Shown: piece after piece, positions 50,017 to 61,611 of the stretch
Layout of the letters: each line of letters begins with the position of its first letter
How positions within the stretch are numbered: position 1 is the first letter of the stretch
Origin: Malacoraja senta
Lineage: Eukaryota
Direction: 5' to 3'
Length of the DNA: 64,000 nucleotides
NCBI GenBank assembly: GCA_038087875.1
Contig: CM075988.1
Coordinates: forward strand, 16,618,001 to 16,682,000
Program-made: the position numbers and the translations under genes
Notes under the pieces: model-generated
The model's input: the letters and a program-made list of their open reading frames with translations, nothing else
Database searches by the model: none
Told to the model about the DNA's origin: nothing

Positions 50017-50974
50017 TTAGTTTGAAGGTTGCAGACAACAGACCGTTGAAGGGGAAATCAGCCATGATCACATTGAATGGCGGTGCTGGCTTGAAGGGCC
50101 GAATGGCCTATTCCTGCACCTACTGTCTATTGTCTGTTGTCAATGAATTTGCTGCCTCACGATGAATTAGATAGTAGCCTGCCAACAGCGAAGGGATGGT
50201 TGGTATGAAGTGATGGGGCAGTGCCAAAGCTTCAAGTACTTGTTGCCGAGTGTTGTGATGACTGGACACCACGGTTCACCTCAGTCAAAAATCAATCCTG
50301 TCCAAAGCGAACAGAATCCTGGTGCAACTTTGCTCTTCACTTCAGGCACTTGTATGATTTCACAGTTGACAGCAGTATACAAACCCTGCTTGTAACTGTG
50401 CCGCGAGACTGCACTGGGCTTCCCAGGGTAGAAATGTCAACGCTTAAAGGTGAGGTGAGATGGGGCGGAGTTTAAAGGGGTCGTGCGGGACAAGTTTTTA
50501 TTTACACAGAGATTGGTAGGTGTCTGGAAAGTGGGGTGATGGTGGAAGCAGGTTCAAGAGTTGGGGTTTAGGAAGTTTTTAGATAGGCACGGGAATGGAG
50601 GAATATGGATCACGAGGAGATTAGTTTCATTTCGCATCATGTTCAGCACATTGTGGTATGAAGGGCCTGTTCCTGTGCTGACCTGTTCTATGTTCAATCC
50701 ACTCAAGGACACTGTCAGAGCCAGGAAACACATCAAAAACACCAATCATTGACCTTGCTTATCCACGGTCTATCTCCACGGTCACCCTGGTTTCACCCTA
50801 TTATGACTGAAGGGAGGAGTAGGAGTGAGGGGCAAGGAGTGGAACAGAGCAGGGAGGTGGACAGGAGAGTTGGGGAGGCAGCAGAACCTTTCATATACAA
50901 TGGCTGTTAAACACTGATGCCTTCTGTGCATCAGCCATGTGCAGCCATCACTGTCCCACGCCCCTCAGCCGTAC

Positions 50975-51247
50975 CTTTCACTGCGATGTGGACCCTCTGG
51001 CTGATGGAGTGTTGTTGCTGGACCAGCACACTGCAGACGTACTCCCCTTCATCCATCCCCTTCTGCACATCCATGAGCTTCAAGGTACCGTTCTCGAACA
51101 CGGCCTGCCTGTGATTGTCAGGAAGCAATATTGAGTCTTTGTACCATTTGATGGAGTAGTAGGGATATCCAATGACCCGGCAGTTAACGAAGGTATCTCT
51201 CCCGGCAATGGCCGTGATGTTTTTCATGGAGCGAATACTCGGGGAGC
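50975..51247 (-). CDS. DSCAML1: DSCAML1 internal exon (~exon 8), Ig6
   Basis: tcacag|GC TCC CCG ... GTG AAA G|gtacgg; 273 nt, phase 1-1; [38 protein letters not shown]...VHIAVK. Confidence 0.95.
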
Positions 51248-54228
51248 CTGTGAAAAGGATTCCTGCATTAAAACACCACAGTGACATTTATCACACTACT
51301 CCTGCTACGAACCAAGTGACTACGATGGTCTCAAGCCATGGCCTATCCTTTACCACTGGTCTTCAAACAGTCATGGGGCATTGTGGATTTTCAATTAAAA
51401 AAATAACATTTCGCACATTTGTGAAATCATTTTTGCTTTAATTGTGGACTTTGCTCTGTTTAAAGTCGACCTGAAAATTCTGGATCACCATTCGCAACCA
51501 TGCTGCTGGAGGAGGTAGTTGAGGCAGGTACTTTTGCAACGTTTAAGAAACATTGAAACAGGTACATGGATAGGATAGGTTTAGAGGAATATGGGCCAAT
51601 CGCAGGCAAGTGGGACTAATGTAGATGGGGCATGTTGGTCGGCATGGACAAGTTGGGAGCAAGGGCCTGTTTCCACGATGTATAACTCTATGACTCTGTA
51701 ACACTTAGAAGAACGAGCACCAGATGCATCATCTGTACGTTCCAATGCAAACCACACACGCTGCATTTGTGGCTGTGCGAAAGAATTTCACTGTGTTGTG
51801 CCCACGTGACATTAAAGAACCGTCGAACCATCTGTGGAGGGAAATGGACAGTCAATGTTTCTGCCCAAGACCCTTCCTGTGGAGTGAGAGAGTGGAGGGG
51901 AGATAGCCAATATGAAGAGGTAGAGGAATCTGATAACCACTGGCTGAGAAAACCTAGTCATTGACACAAGACACTAACCTCTCCCACTTCATACTTACCT
52001 CACCTCCAGAGACACAATGAAGAATGGTCCCTCCTTTAATTGGGGACCCACCTAAAGAACACAGCCTAAAAGTTGACAATTTGGTGGAGCAGATAGGTCT
52101 TTGTTAAAAAATTGTCATGGGCAAAACAAATGATGGGAAAGGAAGACAGGAAATATCATTCCACTCAACCCAAGAGTTTCTGGATCAGGGTGACGTGACT
52201 CCTGGTCTCCATGAAAGGATTTAACATTAGGAGGCGCCTCATTAGATGCAGTGGAGGAACCTTGGCCCCTCCTGGACCTTGCCAGCCCATTGTTTCTTTG
52301 TTCATCTGTTTCTCTCCAAAAAACATCAAAAAGCTTCAGGGAAATTTGGCCCGCCATTTTATCTTAGCTGGCAGGTTGGAGGTATTAATTAGATGAGGGA
52401 TTAACTTGCAATTCTCAGGAATGCAATTACCCTTGAAGCTTACTAGATAGTGATCCCCAAACATCCTTGAAGTAATCACACTTTGCAGTCCTGTAGTCAG
52501 GAGAGAAAAAAGATATAATTTGCAAAAGGCATTTAAACTGAAAGTCCTCTTAAAGCGCCAAAATAGGATGCTGTCTCTTTAAATGTATTGCTTGTTAAAA
52601 AGTCTCGGGTATAATTGTGTGCAATAAACTGTGAAGAAGTCTGAGAAGGGGGAGCCAGGCGTGAAATGTAGGCGACATTAAAAAACCCTAAAAGATCATA
52701 CTGGCTGTTTTTTTTTGCTTGGTTTGTCAAATGTGATTTGAAAAAAAAATCAGGCCCAAAGCTAATGCGGAAACATGAAGCTTTCACTCAAGCACCTGCC
52801 ATCCTAGAATGTGATTCAACAGGGGATCTGTCTGTGAGACCTCAGAGGAGGGTTGGAAGAAAGCACAAAAACTCCAGGATTGACTTATTTTAATGATTAA
52901 ATCTCTGAGAGAAAGCTCCACGTCGGTGCTCCCTTGGGTCTCCGACCGTTGTGGTTCCACCCACGTGCTTTCAGTCGCAGTTTGCGAATGATCTGCAAAG
53001 CTTCGAGCCTCACTCCACTTCAGCCTCATTGTTTCTTTCACTGGGGCAAATGAAGGAGCTAGTGCTAGGCCTGCTTCAGGCTTCACATGAACGAGGGAGC
53101 AGCGTAAAAGACTGTCCTTTCCAACCTCAACGTGCAGAAATATAGGAGGGCAGGACAGTGGGAACATCTCATGTTGCTGGGAATGTTTTAGTTTTGAGAT
53201 GCAGCATGGAAACATCTCCTCAAGGTCTGTCTCCTCCCCTTCTCAGCTCTCCCCCAGCCCTCGGGCTCCTCCTCTTCCTTTTTCCTTTCTTCTCCCGCCC
53301 CCCCCCCCTCCATCAGTCTCAAGAAGGGTTTCGGCCAAACGTTGCCTATTTCCTTCGCTCCATAGATGCTGCTGCACCCGCTGAGTTTCTCCAGCACTTT
53401 TGTCTACCTTCGATTTTCCAGCATCTGCAGTTCCTTCTTAAAGCCTTTGGCCAACCAAGTCCTTGCCGACCATCGATCACAAATTCACACTTGTTGTATG
53501 CTCTCCCACTTGTGTATCCTCTCCCTACACAGTTTAAAGAAGTCAATTAACCTACAAACCTGCACGTCTTTGGGATGTAGAAAGAAACTGGAACACCCTG
53601 AGAAAACCCACATGTTCACAGGGACAATGTTCTCCATCCCCTTGTGGGTCCCCTAATTTATCCCGCACGTCCCCATTCCCGTCTACATACCATCCTCCCC
53701 TCTGGTTTTTATTATCAGATTTCATCGCCTTCACTGGCCAGCTCTTGCCCCATATCTTCCCCCCAACTCTTTCTGCCAGTTATCTTTCCTCTACTCTGGA
53801 TTTGAAGAAGGTCCTAACCGAAACCATTTCCCTTCACAGACACTACCTGACCTACTAGGCGCCGCCCTATGTTTTCCATCACCAGAACAATTTTGGATCC
53901 AGTCTGCCAACATCCCATAATCCCATGAGCCCAAACCTGGACCAGCCTACTGTGGGGGACTTTGTCAAAAGCAAGGTGGACATGAAGCTGAGGTCAATAG
54001 GAGTGTGGTGGAGCAGAAGCTATCCTGGAGGCACTGACTGGGGAGCTATCACGCTATTCCTCCTGTGTCTATATGAAACTTTCCTTAATCCTGTGTTGAT
54101 TTTCAGGTCCACGTCAGCTCGTGGACCTGAATTGTTGGCTCAAATAGAGCAGAGGAAACCTGGGAGGGCAGCACCATCTCCTCTGGACACCAATCTTCAC
54201 AGGGTTCCAAAAACAGGTGGTTGTTCCC

Positions 54229-56771
54229 CAACAGGAAATTAGAAATGCGTGCAACAAAGGCAAAACAGTTATAATGGGTGACTTCAATCTACATATAGAT
54301 TGGGTGAATCAAATTGGCAGGGGTGCTGAGGAAGAGGATTTCTTGGAATGTATGAGGGATAGTTATCTAAACCAACATGTAGAGGAACCAACGAGAGAGC
54401 AGGCTATTCTAGACTGGGTATTGAGTAATGAGGAAGGGTTAGTTAGCAGACTTGTTGTGCGTGCCCCCTTGGGCAAGAGTGATCATAATATGGTTGAGTT
54501 CTTCATTAGGATGGAGAGTGACATTGTTAATTCAGAAACAACGGTTCTGAACTTAAAGAAAGGTAACTTTGAGGGTATGAGACGTGAATTGGCCAAGATT
54601 GACTGGCAATTAGTTCTAAAAGGGTTGACGGTGGATATGCAATGGAAGGCATTTAAAGACTGCATGATGAACTACAAAAATTGTTCATCCCAGTTTGGCA
54701 AAAGAATAAATCAAGGAAGGTAGTGCATCCGTGGATAACAAGGGAAATCAGGATAGTATCAAAGCAAAAGATGATGCGTACAAATTAGCCAGAAAAAGCA
54801 GCATACCAGAGGACTGGGAGAAATTCAGAGACCAGCAGAGGAGGACAAAGGGCTTAATTAGGAAAGGGAAAATAAATTATGAAAGGAAACTGGCAGGGAA
54901 CATAAAAACTGACTGCAAAAGTTTTTATAGATATGTGAAGAGAAAGAGATTAGTTAAATCAAATGTAGGTCCCTTGCAGTCAGAAACAGGTGAATTGATC
55001 ATGGGGAACAAGGATATGGCAGACCAATTGAATAACTACTTTGGTTCCGTCTTCACTAAGGAAGACATAAATAATCTGCCGGAAATAGCAGGGGGGCCGG
55101 GGTCAAAGGAGATGGAGGAACTGAGTGAAATCCAGGTTAGTCGGGAAGTGGTGTTGGGTAAATTGAATGGATTAAAGGCCGATAAATCACCAGGGCCAGA
55201 TAGGCTGCATCCCAGAGTACTTAAGGAAGTAGCTCCAGAAATAGTGGATGCATTAGTGATAATTTTTCAAAACTCTTTAGATTCTGGAGTAGTTCCTGAG
55301 GATTGGAGGGTAGCAAACGTAACCCCACTTTTTAAGAAGGGAGGGAGAGAGAAAACGGGGAATTACAGACCAGTTAGTCTAACATCGGTAGTGGGGAAAC
55401 TGCTAGAGTCAGTTATTAAAGATGGGATAGCAGCACATTTGGAAAGTGGTGAAATCATTGGACAAAGTCAGCATGGATTTACGAAAGGTAAATCGTGTCT
55501 GACGAATCTTATAGAATTTTTCGAGGATGTAACTAGTAGAGTGGATAGGGGAGAACCAGTGGATGTGTTGTATCTGGACTTTCAGAAGGCTTTCGACAAG
55601 GTACCACATAAGAGATTAGGATACAAACTTAAATCACACGGTATTGGGGGTTCAGTATTGATGTGGATAGAGAACTGGCTGGCAAACAGGAAGCAAAGAG
55701 TAGGAGTAAACGGGTCCTTTTCACAATGGCAGGCAGTGACTAGTGGGGTACCGCAAGGCTCAGTGCTGGGACCCCAGCTATTTACAATTTATATTAATGA
55801 TCTGGACGAGGGAATTGAAAGCAACATCTCCAAGTTTGCGGATGACACTAAGCTGGGGGGCAGTGTTAGCTGTGAGGAGGATGCTAGGAGACTGCAAGGT
55901 GACTTGGATAGGCTGGGTGAGTGGGCAAATGTTTGGCAGATGCAGTATAATGTGGATAAATGTGAGGTTATCCACTTTGGTAGCAAAAACGGGAAGGCAG
56001 ACTATTATCTAAATGGTGGCCGATTAGGAAATGGGGAGATGCAGCGAGACCTGGGTGTCATGGTACACCAGTCATTGAAAGTAGGCATGCAGGTGCAGCA
56101 GGCAGTGAAGAAAGCGAATGGTATGTTGGCCTTCATAGCAAGAGGATTTGAGTATAGGAGCAGGGAGGTTCTACTGCAGTTGTACAGGGTCTTGGTGAGA
56201 CCACACCTGGAGTATTGCGTACAGTTTTGGTCTCCAAATCTGAGGAAGGACATTATAGCCATAGAGGGAGTGCAGAGAAGGTTCACCAGACTGATTCCTG
56301 GGATGTCAGGACTTTCATATGAAGAAAGACTGGATAGACTTGGCTTATACTCGCTAGAATTTAGGAGATTGAGAGGGGATCTTATAGAAACGTACAAAAT
56401 TCTTATGGGGTTGGACAGGCTAGATGCAGGAAGATTGTTCCCGATGTTGGGGAAGTCCAGGACAAGGGCTCACAGCTTAAGGATAAGGGGGAAATCCTTT
56501 AAGACCGAGATGAGGAAAAACTTTTTCACACAGAGAGTGGTGAATCTCTGGAACTCTCTGCCACAGAGGGTAGTTGAGGCCAGTTCATTGGCTATATTTA
56601 AGAGGGAATTAGATGTGGCCCTTGTGGCTAAAGGGATCAGGGGTATGGAGAGAAGGCAGGTACGGGATACTGAGTTGGATGATCAGCCATGATCGTATTG
56701 AATGGCGGTGCAGGCTCGAAGGGCCGAATGGCCTACTCCTGCACCTATTTTCTATGTATCTATGTATCTAT
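54229..56771 (+). mobile_element. 5'-truncated CR1-clade LINE, most of ORF2 (APE endonuclease C-part plus RT), antisense to DSCAML1
   Basis: Endonuclease motifs MGDFN, LDWVL, SDHN; RT motifs KSPGPD, YRPVSLTS, YLDFQKAFD, GVPQGSVLGP, FADD; CR1-type 3' UTR ending in (CTATGTAT)n. Confidence 0.93.
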
Positions 56772-58167
56772 TCAGGCAAGGAGTGGACTAATATTCATTT
56801 TAGGCGGCCACTATTTAGAAAAGCCCCCAAAATAATTTGCCCCAAAGTCTGTGTTGTTGTTGAGCCAGTGGACCTTGGTCTCCAGAATGGGCCACATCAT
56901 GCCAACGAAATGCAGACTAGATTCAATTTCCACTAGTACAGCTCCTCATTAAAAAAAAAGTATATATTTAAAGTTATAAACAAATGTGTGTTTAGTTTAA
57001 AATGTTATTCCATCAATACTTTCGGTGATTGCAGCATCACAATAGCAACGTGAGGGTCATCTCACCTGCAACAGTGAAATCATTTAGAAATTCCCCCTAA
57101 AATCATTCTTGTCAGGGCCTAATTAGTATCACCTTACTGCTGGAGAGATGGCATTGCTTGCAATGGCAAGATGTGGGTTCCCTATTGACACTGTATGGTA
57201 AGGATATATTGTGTATGGTAACGTGGTGAGTAATGGCCATGTGCAGGGACAAGCCCTTTGGTCAGCCAAATATATACTGCTCCAATCTAAGGGACATCTT
57301 TACAAGAACATAAAGGTCTAATAATTCAAACTTTGATATAACTCTGACTAGTTTTAGCAAAGCACTATTCAAACAGATGCCAGCTCTGTCAGGCACTTGC
57401 ATCTATTTTTCTAGCCTCATTTGTGGATGGCGGTGAGCTGTTCCTTTCAATGTCAATGTGAAAGAAATCTAAATCCACACTTGGGGCATAAACAGAGATA
57501 TGACACAAAATGTCAGAGCTGTGGTAAATAGTGTATCCAGCTTTGGATTTCAGTCCAACAACTTGGTCCATAACATTACTGACACCCCAATGATTAGGAA
57601 CACCTTGCACATCCAGATATATTCCCTTTATTAATCATTGCACATTATTCTCTTTCTTTCCCCTATTTCTTTCTGGACCCCAACATTCTTTGCTCCTCGA
57701 CTCCTCTCTATTCCAACCCTCTTAACCATCCGAGTATCTCTGAACCACAAACATGAGCGTGGTGTACTAGCTGCTGGTATGGGCTTGGTGGGCTGAATGG
57801 ACTCCTCCAGTGTTATAACAGGTAAGTTGCAACTGCAGTCGATAGTATTCAAGAGGACAAAACCCACAAGGCTTCCTGCCTATGGGAGGTCCACAATCGG
57901 ATGCCATAGTGCACGGTTCCCCGGTGGTAGATTGGTACGGAGAGTTGGAGGCAAAAAGGACAAAATGCCAGAGTCTCGAAAGAACGAGAGGAAGATAATG
58001 TGCAACAATTAATGACAAGAATATATCGGCCTGATGATCCTTTTAGGAAGGAAATCCAACGGTGATTGAAACGCTACAAGTAAGTGCTTGGAATAAAACA
58101 TTAGGTTAACATAACAGACTTAACAAAAGAAGATATTCCTATCTGATATTGAAAAGTAGACAGGCAC

Positions 58168-58464
58168 CTCTTACGTTTATTCGCGCTTGGTACTCGGCGC
58201 TGCCGACCAGGTTCCGCGCGGCACAGCGGTAAACGCCTCCATCTCTGATCTGCGGGTTGGTGACGTTCATGTGGCTGATGGTGGTGCCGTCCGTCATGGT
58301 GTACTGGTTGGTCCGGTGCCCGCTGTCTCTGGTGATCGGCTCGTCGTCCAGCGTCCAGGAGAGGGTAGGGGGAGGAGCGCCCTTCGCCGCGCACATGAGG
58401 GAAAACTGCTCGCCCGGATTCACCACCTTCTCGCTGAAGGATGAGATAATCCGAGGCGTTCCGT
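58168..58464 (-). CDS. DSCAML1: DSCAML1 internal exon (~exon 7), Ig5
   Basis: tcccag|AC GGA ACG ... GTA AGA G|gtgcct; 297 nt, phase 1-1; DGTPRIISSFSEKVVNPGEQFSLMCAAKG...EYQARINVR. Confidence 0.95.
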
Positions 58465-59693
58465 CTGGGAATGGAGAAAGAGAAAGAATGGAGAAAGGGA
58501 ACATTAGCAGGCAAGGAGTGAATTCGGGGGGGGGGGGGGGGGAGGGGTCGTGAAGGGGGCAGCCAACTTCATCACCCTGGCCAGGCTCTCATTTCACCCC
58601 AACCATCTGGAAGAACAATGTAGGAAGGAACTGCAGATGCTGGTTTGCACCGAAGGTAAACACAAAATACTAGGGTAAGTCAGCAGGACAGGCCTCATCT
58701 CTGGAGAGAAGGAATGGATTGAGAGCCAAAACATCACCCATTCTTTCTCTCCAGAGATGCTGCCTGTCCCGCTGAGTTACTCCAGCATTTTGTGTCTATC
58801 ATCAGGAAGAAGGTCTAGGAGCCTGAAAACCATGACCACCAGGTTCAAGAATAGCCTCTTGCCAACAGCCATCTTGAACACTACACAATAACATATGAAC
58901 TACAGACTGCCTTTGGTTGCACAAAGGACTTTGGGTTTTCTTGCACCAGTATTGGGGTTATTAATTTATTGATTTTTTTGCTAATTACATATTATCTATG
59001 TATATTGTGATTAAAGGACTGTTATGCTGCTGGAAGTAAGAATTTCATTGTTCCATTGTCTAACTCCATTAGACAATAGACAATAGGCACTAGGTGCAGG
59101 AGTAGGCCATTCGGCCCTTCGAGCCATTCAATGTGATCATGGCTGATCATCCCCAATCAGTACCCCATTCCTCCCTTCTCCACATATCCCGACTCCATAT
59201 TAGGTTCCATAAACATTGTACGAGCATGATGTCTACCAAGCTCTTCCCAATTTGAGTTGGTACAGCAGAAGCAGACTGGATCATGTCTTTAACATTCATA
59301 TTGTCAGCCTTTACATCTTTCTTATTTGATTTGCATCAAAGCTGATCTTGTTTTGGTTAAAAGCTAATTATTTGACCTAGATTTAAAGAAGTCCAATGTT
59401 TAAAATAGGGCAGAAAAATATATTAGCCAATGTCTAAGTGTAAATTTCACTTGCACTTCTTTCAACTCCATTTGAAGTCCATGATGTGATCTTCTCTACA
59501 CTGGAGAAACCAAATGCAGATTGGATGACAGCTTAGCAGAACTCCCCTGTTTAGTCTGAATATCAGCTCCATTTACCAGTATTCGTTTAAATGATGATAG
59601 TGGCATTGAAATCTTGGCCTGGCTTTGCTCAGAGTAGAGAACTCACCATGCACCATTGTGAAATCTCGTGGCCGTGGTTTTCAAAGCACTCAC

Positions 59694-59969
59694 CCTCTAA
59701 GACAATTATGGAGAAGTCCTGTGCAGTCTGAGACTTCCTGGTGGCAAAGCACTGGTAGGCCCCTGAGTGACTCTTCTGTGCAGATGTGATAAGGAGGGTT
59801 TCGTTGTTGATTCCTCGAATGGAAATGTAATTGTCGGGAACAACAAGCTCGGTGTCTCGGTACCACCTGATGACGTACTCAGGGGAGCCTGTCACGCTGC
59901 ACGAGAGGATGACAGTGCTGCCGATTCCAGTTTTCAGCTTCTTTGGAGTCACTGTCACTCTCAGTGGAT
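59694..59969 (-). CDS. DSCAML1: DSCAML1 internal exon (~exon 6), Ig4
   Basis: ttgcag|AT CCA CTG ... TTA GAG G|gtgag; 276 nt, phase 1-1. Encodes DPLRVTVTPKKLKTGIGSTVILSCSVTGSPEY...AQDFSIIVLE; KKLKTGIGSTVILSC matches DSCAML1 rather than DSCAM. Confidence 0.95.
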
Positions 59970-60980
59970 CTGCAAATGTGATACAGAAATAGTGGTTGAA
60001 GAGGGTGGCACAGTGTCACAGGATCTTACAGCATCGGAGATCCAGAGAGCCCCTGACTATGGGCGCTGTCTGTTTGGAGTGTGTGCGATCTCTCTATGAC
60101 CGCGTGGGTTTTCTCTGGGTGCTCCGGTTTCCTCCCACACTCCAAAAAACATGCACGTTTGGTGGTTAATTGCCTTCTTTACAAATTGTAAAGATTGCCC
60201 GTAGCGTGTAGGAATCAAAGCTGAGATAACACAGAAGTAGTGTTATCTATGTCTATGTCAGAAGTGGCACGAGGGCCTGCTTCCACGCTATGTCTCTGAA
60301 ACTAAAACTAAAACTACAAGGAGAAAACCACTACAGGGGCAAAATACAGTAAAATGCAAGTATGAGATTATGAAATACCAGAATGAGATGAGTTTAATTT
60401 GGCATCATGCTTGGCACAGACATTGTGGGCCAAATGGCCTGTTCCTGTGATCTACTTTTCTAAGTGCCATGTTTTAAGGAAATGGCTTTCGCATGGAAGT
60501 CCTCCCCACTGATTTCTACACTGTTGTTCCAGTTTTGCTTGCCTTCAACCCAATGTTGGAGGCAATGGATGGAATATAATTGCAGCACCCTCTCATACCC
60601 TCAAGATGCCACAGAAAACGCAAGGAAGTATTGCAGCCAATTCAAATACACTAAGCTGTCACAACTGACAAATGGGATGAACCGCTAGTTAATCTGTTGT
60701 CAGTAATCTTGGTTATGAATGGAATGTTGGCCACGTCACCTGGGAGAACTGCTCCTAATACATACCAGTAGAAATTTTTAGATCCACCTGGATATGTCAA
60801 TGAATTAATGTCTTATTTGGACGATGGTGCTCAACAATGCACTGACGTTATCAGTCCAAACGTAGGCCCTGGAACAGACATGATTCTACCTCAGGGGGAA
60901 ATGAGTCCAGTCAGCACATTCAATGGGCATTAAAAGAGTTTTATTATTAAATATACTTCCACCGTATTTTAAGATACTGA

Positions 60981-61611
60981 AGCCCCTGTCCCACTTACGT
61001 GTCCTTGGCATGCTAATTACACGACCTCGTGGTCGTGTTGAAGCGCGACGGCCCCGCGAAAGTCGCGCGCGACTTCATACGCCTGCACAGCCGTCTGGAG
61101 TGCGTGCCGTCATTTGAAGATGGACACAAAATGCTGGAGTAACTCAGCGGGACCGGCAGACTCTTCTTCAGTCTGAAAGAAGGGTTTTGACCCGAAACGT
61201 CATCCATTCCTTCTCTCCAGAGATGCTGCCGGTCCCACTGAGTTACTCCTGCATTTGTGTCTATCTTCAATTTTCTTGGCCCCGCTCTGGGAGTAGAAGT
61301 GGGGGCGGATCCGTGAGCCCCAGGCCGATCGTTTGCCTGCTTCTGCTGCTGTTGGCGGTGAGACGTTGCATCGCACCAGGGTCTTGGGCCTGTCCCACTT
61401 TGGCCGTCAGTTACGCGACAGGCCGTTGGCGCGCGAAGATTTTGTTCGCTACAAAATTTCGGAGAGCTGCGCGATACCGCGCACAACTCCATACCCCTCT
61501 GCGCATCTCAGTGGGACCAGCCCTGCGTGGCCACACGATGCCCGTGCCCCTCAACGTGACGACGAGGTCGTGTAATTTGCGTGCCAAGGACATGTAAGTG
61601 GGACAGGGCCT
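60981..61611. mobile_element. PIF/Harbinger-like MITE containing a PLE palindrome
   Basis: TIR agcccctgtcccactta/taagtgggacagggcct with long subterminal inverted repeats; TGA on both sides; internal TIR-like copy near 61386. Confidence 0.7.

Noticed and set aside
44328..50974. Arthropod Dscam1-style cluster of mutually exclusive Ig7 exons
   Set aside because: Only one Ig7 exon was found; flanking introns and the 22-kb intron show repeats and no duplicated Ig exons by eye.
5209..59969. Calling the gene DSCAM
   Set aside because: Diagnostic peptides ([50 protein letters not shown]) follow DSCAML1.
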